Source of the DNA: Hypanus sabinus
Taxonomy: Eukaryota
DNA length: 55,776 bases
Assembly (NCBI RefSeq): GCF_030144855.1
Contig: NC_082729.1
Coordinates: 35,286,225-35,342,000, forward strand
Direction: 5' to 3'
The notes under the pieces were generated by a model, which worked only from the letters and a program-made list of their open reading frames with translations, ran no database searches and was not told the DNA's origin. This document shows positions 1 through 12,603 of this stretch, piece by piece. The first letter of the stretch is position 1. Every line of letters starts with the position of its first letter. Made by a program: the position numbers and the translations under genes.

Positions 1-199
1 CTGTAGAGGTGCAGTGCACTCCTGTATATACTGTATGCCACTTGCTGCAAGCAGGGAGCTTTTTCCTTTCTTTCTATAAGAACCACACAAGAGATAAGAT
101 CTTAGTTCATTCTTTATTTGCCTTTGAAACAGAAATACCTGTCAGTCTTAAACTTTTAACAGTTTTAATAAAAGGTTGGTGGACATATTTTGAAGAAAA

Positions 200-670
200 T
201 TCGTGTTTATGTTCCTTCAGACTGTATAGATATGGAGAACATGCACCATACACTGTAAAAAGTACTTGATCCTGTCTGTCGTAAAACAAGAAGGGCCAGC
301 ATTTTCAGGGGGCGGATTGGTTAAGATAGTTTTTTTGGATATCAATCAATTTGCATGCCACATTCCCATCAACTGAAAACGAATTAAGAAAATTACTGTA
401 CGATGCCACAGTGGTGTTCAGGGATAGCATTGGGAAACGCAAACATGTCAAGGGTAAAATAGTGTTGAATAAAAACGCCACACCCAAGTTTTACAAATCC
501 CATCTGGTCCCTCATACCATCCATGACAAAGTAGCCAGTGAGCTAGATCATATGGAGGCTGAAGACCGTCGACCAAGGTTGAGTGGAGCCTGTGAGCAAC
601 ACCAGCGGTCCCAAGGGTCAAAGCATTTGAGCCTGCCAGGATCTCTGGTAATTTGAAAACCAGATTACCA
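200..670 (+). mobile_element. Degenerate Ty3/Gypsy pol fragment (protease-RT linker/RT N-terminus)
   Basis: ORF 351-656 reads KHVKGKIVLNKNATPKFYKSHLVPHTIHDKVASELDHMEAE, like the gypsy 'P.F.KARPVP..I...V..EL..ME' segment before RT; then frameshifted remnants of the 'PVVPV.K..GSVRICGDFK' motif. Confidence 0.7.
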
Positions 671-679
671 TAATACATG

Positions 680-960
680 GGAGCAGAATTAGGACATTTG
701 GCCCGTCAAGTCTGCTCCACTATTCAATCATGCTGATCCTTTTTTCCCCTCCTCAGCCCCACTCCCCGGCCCCGTCACCTCTCATGCCGTGTCCAATCAA
801 TGCGCAGACTTAAATGCACCCAACGACCTGGCCTCCACAACTGCCTGTGGTAATAAGTTCCAAAATTTCACGACCTTCTGACAGAATTTTTTTCCGCATC
901 TCTAAATGGATGCCCTTCTACCCTGAGGTTGTGCTCTCTTGTCCTAGACTCCCCCACCAT
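680..960 (-). mobile_element. CR1-type LINE 3' fragment
   Basis: Reverse complement resembles the 3' ends of the longer CR1 copies in this window (ggagcagaattagg...tttggccc...). Confidence 0.6.
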
Positions 961-979
961 GCGAAACATCCTAACAACG

Positions 980-1330
980 CACACTAAGTGCTGGAAGAAC
1001 TCAGCATGACAGGCAGCATCTCTGGAAAAAAGAACGGTAAAAGTTTCGAGCCGAGACCCTTCGGCAGGACTGGAGGAATAAAAAGAAGAGAAGCAGATTG
1101 AAAAGGTGAGGGAGAGGGAAGAGAAACACAAGGTGAGAGCTGAAATCGGGAGGGGCAGAGAAGACTGGTGAATGAAATACAGGGCTGGAGAAGGGGGGCG
1201 TCTCATAGAAGAGGACAGAAGGCAAAGCAAGAAAGAAAAGCGGGGAGCACCAGAGGGAGGTGATGGGCTGGTGAGAGAGGGAGAATGGGATGCAGAATGG
1301 TGGAGGGGGCGCGACGTAGCTTGCAGCGGC
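980..1330 (-). mobile_element. Penelope-like element (PLE) terminal fragment
   Basis: tgctggaagaactcagcatgacaggcagcatct...tttcgagccgagacccttcggcaggactgg matches the PLE end seen in many other copies here, followed by the purine-rich tract. Confidence 0.65.
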
Positions 1331-1379
1331 CACTCCAGAGCCGATCATCTGTTATTTGTGAAGCGGGGTGCCGCGCGCA

Positions 1380-2160
1380 ATCATAATCGATCGAAAACGG
1401 ACGTGGGAGCACGGAGAAACATCGGGAAATCTCCAGGAAGACCTTCTTCGTTGCTGCTGCTGCTGTGAGGTCCGGGACTCTGCTGGGAAGAACAGGCCCC
1501 CAGTCCTCGGGGTCGCGTTGCCGATGGGCGTTGGCGGGGCCCTCTTAATGCGCTCGGCGGAGGATGGCGCTCGGAGACGCTGTGCCGCAGGGGATGGTCG
1601 GAGGCGCGGAGGTTCGACGGACTCGGAGTTTGCTGCGATCGGGGCGCTTTCACTGTGTGCTGCGTCTGCGAGGCTGGGTCCGGCGGCGCCGTGAAGTCCA
1701 TAGCGGGGGTATTCTCTTCTGCCGCCGGCGTGGGATGACGAGTCTGTCGGGACCCTGAGGACTTCTGGAAACTGTATGGTGGTTTCCTTCGAACTTATAG
1801 TCTTTTAACACCTTTGGACTATTTTTACTGTGCCCATGGTCTGTTTTTTATCAATTATGCTATTGTTTCCACTGTTGTAACTATGTGGTTTTGTACAGGT
1901 CTTGTAGTTTTTTTGTCTTGTTTTGTCTAGTAGGATTGCAGCTCCTTTCTGGGGAACGCGCTAAGATGGTAGCGCGATATTAATACGCAGCAGCCTCTCC
2001 GGACTCTGGACTGGGGATTGCCAAACGTTATGTGGATTCTCTGGGGTAGTCTGTTTTGTCATGTGCTTTTGTGATAACATTCTGGAGGAAAGTTGTCTCA
2101 TTTTTTTAACTGCATTGCATTTGTGGTTTCAAAATGACAATAAACTGAATCTGAATCTGA
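1380..2160 (+). mobile_element. Unclassified non-autonomous retroelement-like repeat with (AATCTG)n tail
   Basis: GC-rich 5' part, T-rich 3' part, ends aataaa + ctgaatctgaatctga microsatellite tail; family not identified. Confidence 0.5.
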
Positions 2161-2164
2161 TTAC

Positions 2165-2495
2165 CATAAGGGGGCAGAGGGTGGTTGTGGGCATGACATC
2201 AGGTCGGAGGTTACCCAACTGAAATATTAGGTATTCCTCCAACCTGAGTGTGCCCTCATCGCGACAGTACAGGAGGCCGTGGACTGACATATCAGAATAG
2301 AAATGGAAAGTGGAATTAAAATGGGTGGCCACTCGGAGATCCCACTTCGTCCGGCGGACGGAGCGTAGGCGAGGCGCCGCTTCACCAGTGAGTCTGTTGG
2401 GGTCATATACTGTGTCCAGTGCTCCCGGTATGGCCTCCTGCATATCAGTGAGACCTGACGTAGATTGGGAGACCGCTTCGCCAAGCAGCTACTAA
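2165..2495. mobile_element. PLE GIY-YIG endonuclease fragment with internal inversion
   Basis: Minus 2165-2370 encodes WDLRVATHFNSTFHFYSDMSVHGLLYCRDEGTLRLEEYLIFQLGNLRPD; plus 2376-2493 encodes the immediately upstream part (SESVGVIYCVQCSRYGLLHISET.RRLGDRF). Confidence 0.7.
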
Positions 2496-3179
2496 ATTCC
2501 CCTTTTCCATATTCTGAAATTAGTGTGATTATTGGACTGTATTTTGTATTGGTTTCCTTTAGTGTTTCGGTGTTTCTTTCTTGTGGCCGATTGGCGGGGT
2601 GGGGAGGGGCCTGACCTGCTAATTTTTGTCGGTAAGAGGCAGTGTTGGGGGAATTTGGTGCCACAGTCCCTGTTCTTTTCTGCGAGTGATGGTTCAAAAC
2701 GTTATGTGTAGGGGAACTTTGGTTGTTATTGTGGCTGTTTTTTACTGCGGACGGAGGGGGATTTTGGCGACTGTGAGTTTTGTTTCTTTTCTTTTTCGTG
2801 CCGGTTGGGCTGGGGGAGTTGATGCATTTTCTTTCATCAACAACCATGGTCTTTCTGAATTTAATGGCTGTCTGGAGTAGACAAATATCAAAGTCGTATC
2901 ATAGATGCGCACTCTTACAATAAAAATGAACATTTGAACTCACCAGATTTATTAACGTTCCATAAATGCGACCTCGCTATTTTTACATAATATTTATTGA
3001 CTTTGTCATTTATAGAATTTTTATGACATTCGCAAAGTAGCGCTACCAGACAACACATGTCACGCCAGCTATATAATGCAGTGATAATTAGACAAATAAG
3101 GCTTATACTGAGTCAATACCCACCATTGAAATTCCCTATGTCAACAAGTCACGTTGCAATTTCAAGCAGGGGGCGACCT

Positions 3180-3882
3180 CTGCTATTCACCCTGGGATTG
3201 ATCACCGAGGAAAAGGGCGGGGCCACATACACCTGAAGCCCCACCCACCCCGCACCCCTTTATAAAGCACTTGGCTTGTTCCTGCAGTCTGACCCTCCTC
3301 TCCTCGGTGACAGGTCTCAACATCACCCCTCCGCCCAATGGTATCGCCCGGCCCCGCGCCGTTCCACCCCCACCGCTCCCGCTCAGTGGTCGCGCCCGCG
3401 CTTCCTACCCAAACATGGCGGCGGGAGGCGGTTGCCAACGGCGACAACCGGCTGCACTTGTATCCTTTGGTGGATGGACTTCGACCGCATGCGTCGGGAC
3501 GACGGAAGAACTGAAGGAATTTAGGACTAGGGCGGGTTAAAGGCCGAGCCACCCCGACAGGAAATCAGGTGCTGGTGGGAGATGCAGTGTTTTTGTACGG
3601 CGCGCATGCGCTTCGCTTGGAGCCTGCTGGGGAATGTAGTCTTATTGGCTTTTCTCTGTTGCTGACTCTTTTGAGCACCAGATGAAGATTTCATTTCTGC
3701 ACACACGTTGCCGCGGAGGCTCCTGAACAATGTGGTCTAAACTGGGATATTGCTTACAGGGTATGCGCTCCGTTGCGAAAGATCTTGGGGAATGTGTATT
3801 TTAAGGACTTTCAGGAGCAGATGCGCTGTCGATCATGAGCGCCTTGTGTCTGTGCTGCAGCCTGCTGGGAGTTGTAGTTTCT
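3180..3882. promoter_or_regulatory. CpG-island promoter with ZNF143/SBS, NRF1, YY1-like, GC, CCAAT and TATA motifs
   Basis: High CpG density; TATAAA 3261-3266; aaacATGGCGGC 3411-3422 (YY1/Kozak-like); GCGCATGCGC 3602-3611 (NRF1); gcctgctggggaatgtagtc 3622-3641 and gcctgctgggagttgtagttt 3860-3880 (reverse of the ACTACAnyTCCCAG SBS motif); ATTGG 3644-3648. Confidence 0.75.
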
Positions 3883-5910
3883 GTTTTTTAGATTCTTTTT
3901 ATTGCTACATAATCTTATACAACTATAGAATAATAAAAAATTTCAAAAAAATTAATATGTATGCAATTAATAGAGCTGAAGAAAAAAATCATAATATATA
4001 AAAATGAAAATAAGATTGATATATAGAAAAAGAAGGAAAAAACCCCATCTAACTGAGAAAAAAAACCCACTAACTACAAAAAAAACCGTTCGGAATCAAC
4101 CCCCGGAAGCAATACGTTTAATCATCATCTAGATATGTAGAAAAAATTCATCAACTGCCAATTCACATTTTTTAAAAAGATAATAAAAAATTGGAATGAA
4201 ACCATATAGAATAATTCAAATTAAATAGTAATATTTGGCAAAAGAACCCCATCTTCTCTCAAAATCAAATCGAAGTTCAAAAGTTCTATTTCTAATTTTT
4301 TCCAAGCTGAGACATAACATTACTTGAGAAAACCGTTCAATTAATGTCGGGGAAGAGTTATCTTTCCATTATAATAAAATAGCCCTTCTTGCCAACAATG
4401 TAACAAATGCAATTACATGTTGATCTGAATATGAAATACCCTGAATATGATGTGTAACTATTCCAAATTGAACAGTTAGTCTATTAGGTTGTAAATTAAT
4501 TTTCAAAGCTTTAGAGATTGTAGAAAATAAAGATTTCCAAAACAGTTTTAATGAACAACATGACCAGAACTTGTGTGACAAATTAGCTACTTCAGTTTTA
4601 CATCTATCACAATAATTATCTACACTAGGAAATATTTTAGATAATCTCTCCTTTGTTAAATAATAACAATGGACAATTTTAAATTGATAGCCAGTGATTG
4701 GCACATATAGAAGAATTTACATTTTTCAAAATTCAAACTGAATCTTCATTCACAAAGGTCATATTAAGTTCTCTCTCCCAATCTTGTTTAATCTTTAGTG
4801 ATAGGTCCTCTTTTTGTAACAAGAGTAAATTATAAATTCTGCTAATGGAACCTTTCACTAAGCGATTCAATTTCAAAATGGTATCCAACAAATCCGATAC
4901 TTGTAAGTATGGAAACTTAGGTAAATATTGTAAAAAAAGGTCTAACCTGAAAATATTGCAAAAAAATCTGTATGAGCGAGAGAGTATTTATTAACTAACT
5001 CTTCAAAAGACATCAATCGACCATTATAAAATAAATCTGTAAAAAAACGAATCCCTTTATTTTTCCGTAGGAGAAAAATGGGGTTGGTTATTGAAGGTTT
5101 AAATGAAAAGTTTCGATATAAAAAACTAGACAACTTAAATTGTTTAAAATTTTAAAAATTACAAAACTGAATCCAAATCCGTAAAGATTGTTTAATAACC
5201 GGGTAAAAATTTAAATTTGGAATTTTAGAGAGCTGTAAAGGTAATGGAGCTCCTAATATTGAAGTGAAATGAAATTGTTTAACAGCTTTTAATTCCAAAT
5301 CAAACCAAAGTGGTTTTTGGCTGTTATCGAGCCAGTATAACCAAAAGCATAATTGTCTAACATTTACAGCCCAATAATACAGTCTTAAATTAGGAAGTGT
5401 AAGTCCACCATTTTTTTGGGGTTTTTGGAAATGGTACTTATTAATTCTTGGTCTTTTATTGTTCCAAATAAAGGAAGAAATAAGAGAGTCAGTTTGATCA
5501 AAAAAATTTTAGTTAAAAAGATAGGTATATTTTGGAAAATATATAAAAATCTAGGTAAAATCATCATTTTCACAGCATGGATACGACCTATTAAAGAGTA
5601 AGTGGATTCCATCTAGAATATAGTTGTTTCATGGAGTCTACTAGAGGAACTATATTAGCTTTATAAAGATCTTTTTTTTTAGTAATTATAATACCTAAAT
5701 ATCTAAATGTATTAACAATTCTAAAAGGAATATCATTATATGTACTAACAGGAGCATTTAATGGAAACAATTCACTTTTATTCAAATTAAGTTTATATCC
5801 TGAAAATTTTCCAAAATCTTTAAGTATTTCCAAAAGATTAGGAACTGATTCCTCAAGATTCAAAATAAAAATCTAAAAATCATCTGCATAAAGAGAAATC
5901 TTGTAATTTT
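3883..5910 (-). mobile_element. 5'-truncated L1-clade LINE (ORF2 RT C-terminal half), degenerate
   Basis: Minus strand gives NYKISLYADD at the 5' end, FGKFSGYKLNLNKSELFPL, KMMILPRFLYIFQNIP and CDRCKTEVANLSHKFWSC; flanked by 12-bp TSD gttgtagtttct (3871-3882 and 5911-5922). Confidence 0.9.
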
Positions 5911-6239
5911 GTTGTAGTTTCTCAATGTTGCAAGTGTTTCAATCATTTTTTGTAAGTTAAACCAGAAATGCCCAGTAATCCTTCAAAATTCCATTTCATT
6001 TCTGTGCAGATCTAAGAAGGCCAGTATATGTTCCCCATCGCTAATTGTCCTTCAAAAAAGATCGGGGTCATGCCACACCCTTTAATCGACAGTCTGATGA
6101 AACGGGCTGCAGGGTTCAGAGCCAGTGACGGTGAGCGATGTGATTTAGCTGGGCCGTGATCAACTGGCAGAGCAGACTCGATGGGCCGAATGACCTGATT
6201 CTCCTGTGCTTTACAGGCTTATAGATTTGGGAGAGCAGG

Positions 6240-6660
6240 AGAGGCACCAGGGTTAGGAGGAGATGTAGTCGAAGTTGCCCGGGCGAGGAAACGATGTGAA
6301 CTCTGCAGACACACGCTATCCGCCAGTGGTGAAGAGAGATGTCTGGGGGCACGGATGGGATGCCAAACGAGGACTGGATGGTGTTGGCCTTCTGTACAGT
6401 TGTCGGACCTTGGCAGGTGGGGATTGTCCTGTCACACTCCTGAGCTGTAGATCACGGAGAAGGGAATGTAGTGATGTGGAATGCAGAGTCTAACTCCAGC
6501 CAGGGAAGTTAACATCACACTCCTGACCGGTGGGAAGGCCCGGGAGGTGAGTCACCCACATCAGGACTCCACCCCCTCCACAACCATCCTGCTTCTGCGC
6601 TGGCAAGGAGCTTCCAGTCAGCTTCCAGCACACGGCGTGAGCGGCGTGGGGTGGGGGCAC
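6240..6660 (-). mobile_element. L2-like LINE fragment
   Basis: Degenerate LINE ORF2-like peptide pieces (HIVSSPGQLRLHLLLTLV); assignment by resemblance only. Confidence 0.4.
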
Positions 6661-7516
6661 AGGAACACGGCCCCGTTGCCCTCGCCATTTTTTTTGTAAT
6701 TTATTTTTTATTGAAGTTCATCATCAAACAAACATTTCCATAAGAGGTATTTCAGGTACTGTACATATATATCATATAATCATATATGTCACAAATCTCC
6801 ACATAATATTTATCTTAGAGGAAACAAAGAACAAGCGACAGGAGAAAACTATGTTCAAGTGGGGAGTGATCTTTTTTTACAACATATTCATTGATTTGTG
6901 AGGATAAAATCGGGCCTATGAGGCATTATGTAGTTAAATCATTTTCCCAGTATGAATTAAATTGTTCCAACTTATGATTAACAGATGCTGTTATCTTCTC
7001 CATGTTGTAAACATCCATTGTAATTTCCATCCATGTATTTAAGGTTGGGCTCTCCTGTGATAACCATTTCCTAGTAAGAGTCTTTTTTACCAGTCACCAA
7101 CAGTATATTCATTAAATATTTATCTCTTTACAACCATTCTTGAGGTATATATCCAAAATATATGGTCTTACTCTCTAAAGGTATTTCACATCTAAAGATG
7201 TCTTGTAGGGCATTGTGTATCCCACTCCAATAGTCTTTGATAACGGTGCATTCCCAGAAAATATGATAATGATTTGCATTTTGATTTCCACAATTTCTCC
7301 AGCAAACAGGGATATTACTATCATAATGGGATTTCTGAGAGGGTGTAATAAAATATCTTAATAAGTTTTTCCATCCGAACTCCCTCCATTTCTGTGAACT
7401 GGTACACTTCTATTGATACCTCCATATTGTTGTCCATTCTTCCTCAGATATAATTATCCCTCCTTCCTTCTCCCATTTTGTTTTAATGTATGAAGTCGAA
7501 TATATTTTAAGATTTG

Positions 7517-7768
7517 ACAAACCCTTATACATGCTTGAAATTATTCTACCACCGTTATTTGAATTATACACTTTTCTAAATAGCTCTATCAAGCATGTAC
7601 TTGCCTTGGTTACATTTTTAACTGTCCTATTAACATATTGTCACAAACCCTTATACATACTTGAAATTATTCTACCACCGTTATTTGAATTATATACTTT
7701 TCTAAATAGCTCTATCAAGCATGTACTTGCCTTGGTTACATTTTTAACCATCCTATTAACATATTGTC
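7517..7768. repeat. 126-bp direct tandem duplication (2 copies) inside the L1 ORF2
   Basis: 7517-7642 and 7643-7768 differ at about 4 positions; 126 bp keeps the frame (ORF 7486-7788 shows the repeated peptide). Confidence 0.95.
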
Positions 7769-8878
7769 ACATCTGTAAATACCAATAAAAATATTGTTTT
7801 TCTAATGTGTTTCTCTTTAAGCATCTGAAAACTGAACAGTGTTCCTTCTTTTATTCTTTTGCAAAGAACTGTTGTTCCTTTAGCTGTCCAGTCCTTAAAT
7901 CTAGCATCCAATTTATTTGGCGTGAAATCCGAGTCATGAATGCCATTTAAGAATTGCAATGTCTCCCTCTAGTTTATATTCTTTCATAATAGTTTTCCAT
8001 ATTTTAAGAGTCCATTTCACCTATGGGTTATCAATAGTATTTATGTACCTTTGTAGGTTGTTATCAGCCAAAATTGCCTGTATAGGGATGGGAAGTACCC
8101 GCTCCTCAATGTTTTACCATTGAGCGTCATATGATAGGATACACCAACATATCACAGCTCTCAACCGTGCTGCAAAATAATGATCTCTAGGAGAAGGTAG
8201 GCCCCATCCCCCCTTTTCCTTGGCTAATTGCAAAGTTTTGAGACGAACTCTAGGCCTTTTACCTTGCCAAATATATCTTGATGATATTTTGTTCCATTCA
8301 TTGAATTGATTTTGATTAATCTCTATTGGTAGGGTTTGAAAGAGATATAACAGCCTGGGCAGTATATTCATTTTAATAGATTCAATTCTTGAACTGAAAC
8401 TAAAAAAAGGAATTATGTTCCATCTTGTTATATCTTCCTTAATTATATATATATATATATGAGGCTGATAATTCCATTCTGATAATTTTGCCAAATCTTT
8501 TGGCATAATTATGCCCAAATATTTGAAAGTCTCTGTTTGCCATGCCCAGGGATATCTACTTTCAATTTCTCTTTGTGGGCTATAGTTATATGAATGTAAT
8601 TGGGTTTTATCTATGCTGATCTTGTATCCTGATAATTGACCATATTGACCAAAGGATTGTATCAATTCAGGTAAAGAGTATATTGGGTGCACTAGATAGA
8701 TCAGAATGTCATCTGCGTAATAAGCCAATATTTTATGCTCTGCCCCTTTAATAGTAATTCCCCTGATACCTTTGTTTTGTCTGATGTATTGAGCTAATGG
8801 TTCCAGATGTAATGCTCAGAGTAGTGGTGACCATGCACAATCCTGTCTCGTGCCCCTTTCTACGGTAAGACTATTTGA

Positions 8879-10031
8879 CAAGGTTCCACATGGAAGGTTA
8901 GTTAGAAAGGTTCTATCATTAGGTATTAATATTCAAGTAGTAAAATGGATTCAACAGTGGCTGGATGGGAGATGCCAGAGAGTAGTGGTGGATAATTGTT
9001 TGTCAGGTTGGAGGCCAGTGACTAGTGGTGTGTCTCAGGGATCTGTACTGGGTCCAATGTTTATCATATACATTGATGATCTGGATGATGGGGTGATAAA
9101 TTGGATTAGTAAGTATGCAGATGATACTAAGATAGGTGGCGTTGTGGATAATGAAGTAGGTTTTCAAAGCTTGCGGAGAGATTTAGACCAGTTAGAAGAG
9201 TTGGCTGAAAGATGGCAGATGGAGTTTAATGCTGATAAGTGTGGGGTGCTACATTTTGGTCGGAATAATCCGAATAGGATATACATGGTAAATGGTAGGG
9301 CATTGAAGAATGCAGTAGAACAGAGTGATCTAGGAAAAATGGTGCATAGCTCCCTGAAGGTGGAATCTCATGTGGATAGGGTGGGGAAGAAAACTTTTGG
9401 TATGCTGACCTTTATAAATCAGAGCATTGAGTAACGGAGTTGAGATGTAATGTTAAAATTTTACAAGGCATTGGTGAGGCCAAATTTGGAGTATTGTGTA
9501 CAGTTCTGGTCACCAACTTATAGGAAAGATATCAACAAAATAGAAAGAGTACAGAGGAGATTTACTAGAATGTTACCTAGGTTTCAGAACCTAAGTTACA
9601 GGGAAAGGTTGAACAAGTTAGGTCTTTATTCTTTGGAGCGTAGAAGGTTGAGGGAGGACTTGATAGAGGTATTTAAAATTATGAGGGAGTTAGATAGAGT
9701 TGACGTGGATAGGCTTTTTCCATTGAGAGTAGGGGAAATTCAAACAAGAGGACATGAGTTGAGAGTTGGGGGCAAAAGTTTAGGGGTAACATGAGGGGGA
9801 ACTTCTTTACTCAGAGAGTGGTAGCGGTGTGGAATGAGCTTCCTTTAGAAGTGGTCAAGGCAGGTTCAATATTGTCATTTTTTTTTAAATTGGATAGGTA
9901 TATGGACAGGAAAGGAATGGAGGGTTATGGGCTGAATGTAGGTCGGTGGGACTAGGTGCGAGTAAGCATTCAGCACGGACTACAAGGGCCGAGATGGCCT
10001 GTTTCCGTGCTGTAATTGTTATATGGTTATA
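8879..10031 (+). mobile_element. 5'-truncated CR1 LINE nested in L1
   Basis: FDKVPHGRL...SGVSQGSVLGP...YADDTK...EYCVQFWSP CR1 RT; (ttatatgg)n tail; L1 reading resumes across the insertion with 'tga' microhomology. Confidence 0.92.
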
Positions 10032-12352
10032 TGATAAATATCCATTAATTTTAATCCTAGCAGTAGGATTGTCATATCGTGCCTATATTGTTTTAATAAT
10101 TGTGTCATGGAAACCAAATCTATGTAAAACTCTGTAAAGAAAATTCTAATTAACTGAATCAAATGCTTTTCAGCGTCCACGCTTATCACTATTGCTTCAA
10201 TTTTATTTTTTTGTACATCATCCGTAATGTGAAGTGTCCTTCGTGTATTGTCTTGTGTTTGACGTTGCTGTATAAAATCTGTCTGATAATTACGTATCAG
10301 TATGGGTAGAAACTCTTCTAATCATTTGACCATGATGGAGGTAAATAATCAATAATCTACATTAAGAATGGATATTGGTCTAAATGACCCACATTCCATT
10401 TTATCCTTGCCTTCTTTCAGTATAGCTGAGATTATCGCTTCCTTCCAGCTGGGTGGTATTTGTGCCTTTTTAGAGCCCAGTTCAGTGTGGGGAGTAAAAC
10501 AGGAATTAACTCATTTTTGAATGCTTTGTACCACTCTACCGTATACCCATCTGATCCTGGTGACTTGCTTAATTTAAGCCTACTAATTGAAGCTTTTACT
10601 TCAGCTTCAGTTATGTCACCAGTCATCATTCTATTTTGTTCTTTGTTTAAAGTGGGTAACTCTAGAGAATTCAGGAAGGTGTCAATTTGGGTTATGCTTC
10701 CCCCTGGAACTTTGGAATATAGAGTTTTGTAAAAATACTTAAAAAGCTTCTTGAATTTCACTTAGCTTTTTTTATCATTTTTGTTCTTGGATTCCTAATT
10801 CTATGCATTGTATTTTCTGCTATTTTTTTTTCAGTTTCCACGCCAATATTTTCATAAACTTAGATCTACGTCCATAATGTCTCTGTTTCAGAAACATTAA
10901 ATTTTTCCTGATTTCTTGAGTAGCCAAACTATTTATTTCATTCCTCATTTTTTAAATTCCCTCTAATGTATCCTGTAACAAATTTAATTTGTGTTTTTTT
11001 TCTAGTTCCTTCAGCCTATTTTGTAATTCCTCTAATATTTTATTCCTTATTTTTTTCTTATATGAAGATATTGCTATAATTTTCCCACTTATAACAGCCT
11101 TCAGAGTATCCCATAGAATGGGAAGTGAAACCTGTCCAATATCATTGTATTCTAAGTAAAGACCAATTTATTTTTTAATTTGTTCCTTCAAGTAGGGATC
11201 ATTGAGTAGACTTGAATTTAGTTTCCAAATAGGTTGGAAGCTCAAAATCAACAGATAAATATATAAGTGCATGAACAGTTACATCTATTGGCCCAATTCT
11301 ACAGGTGTTTATTTTGTCTTTGTCTTTTCCAAATGTATATACAGAATGGGGGGCAGAATAATGAGTGTAATCCCTTCTGCCAGGGTAAAGGTTCCTCCAT
11401 ATATCAATTAGAACAACATCCTCAAAGAGTGTATTAACTTACTTATGTAAGGATTTTGTTTCATAGCTGTTTCTATTAGAAGAGTCTAACTTTGGTTGTA
11501 ATTGTAAATTTAAGTCTTCCCCACATATCAGGAGATCTTCTGTTTCTGTTACCATAATATTAGTAATTTTCTGAAAGAAACCAATATCACTTCCTGTGGG
11601 TGCGTATATATTCAATAAAGTAACTGTATTTCTGTCTATATTCCCCCTTTCCAGAATATATCTGTCCTTATCTCCCATTTTGAATACTTTTTTCAAAATT
11701 TAGCTTGTTTATACTACATGGGCTTGTTCTTTTTTCATTTTGGATAGAATTCTACTACGTTTGATTGGATTTAATAGCCCATTGACATTAAAAGAAATGA
11801 ATTTTACTTTGTCCTTAGCCATGTGTATTTGTCTGTCAATATATCATTGAAATTTGCAGAATAAAGCTTAATCGATCTACTCCCTGAACAATTAAGAACC
11901 AAGAAACACAAATAATAATTTTTTTTTTAAAGGCAACAAAGGTGTGATTCCAAGGCTGAGGTCTCTAGTAGATGACCCTGCATTGAGCTAGAGAAAATGT
12001 CTAGCTGTGGGGGAATAGCCCCTCTTACCTGTGAGTTCAGGGCCCCCATTGAAGTATTCATAAAAGTAAGTGAACAAATCTATATCCATTACACAGAAAA
12101 GATTTCCCTGTGTATTCCTCCCATAGATATATATATATATTCTCTTTTAGGTGGGGTAAAAGGAGTGAATGAATGAATAAAAAAGAAAAATTGAGTAATA
12201 TAAAATCCACATTATAATAAGTATTTCTCGAGATGGGTATATCACCATCTATTTTTGCTTCTGTTTAACTTTCAAGTTAAGAATTATAAAGATAAATCTG
12301 TTAACTGTATGTGGTGTACTGTCTGTTGTTTCATGGCACTCGTTTGTAACAG

Positions 12353-12582
12353 GGTAACGAATTACACAGCATCCACACAAAACGGGGTTTCGGGGTGGGC
12401 TCACGACTCCGTCTCACATGTTTGGCGGGGCTGGAGATGGTCTTCCCTTGACTTGCATAGCCGAGGAAATCAGAGTGTTTCATACACAGATACTCCTGTA
12501 CCTAGTGTTGCTTTGTGTACGTACAATCACTCTGTAAATCAGCTAATCTTGAGTATATACGGCCACACTCAAACTGTCCCTT
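12353..12582 (+). pseudogene. Possible degenerate MHC alpha1-like exon
   Basis: Acceptor tttgtaacAG, donor-like GTACGT at 12583. With one frameshift it reads GNELHSIHT...LAGLEMVF(L)DLHS..., resembling class II alpha1 'DGDEMFYVDL'. A second frameshift is needed for a phase-1 start. Confidence 0.3.
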
Positions 12583-12603
12583 GTACGTTCTGTTTTATAG
12601 AAT

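Larger units (their letters stand above)
6688..12240 (-). mobile_element. L1-clade LINE with near-complete degenerate ORF2 (APE endonuclease + RT), interrupted by a CR1
   Basis: ORF2 start ATG at 11822 (MAKDKVKFISFNVNGL); EN pieces (LLNIYAPTGSD); RT pieces (SPGSDGYTVEWYK, YYADDILIYL, GQLSGYKISIDKTQ, KGGWGLP); T-rich 3' tail near 6688. Confidence 0.9.

Noticed and set aside
3835-3882. Signal-peptide-like ORF MSALCLCCSLLGVVVS
   Set aside because: The hydrophobic codons coincide with the ZNF143/SBS motif; the reconstructed downstream donor is phase 2, not the phase 1 expected for an MHC leader.
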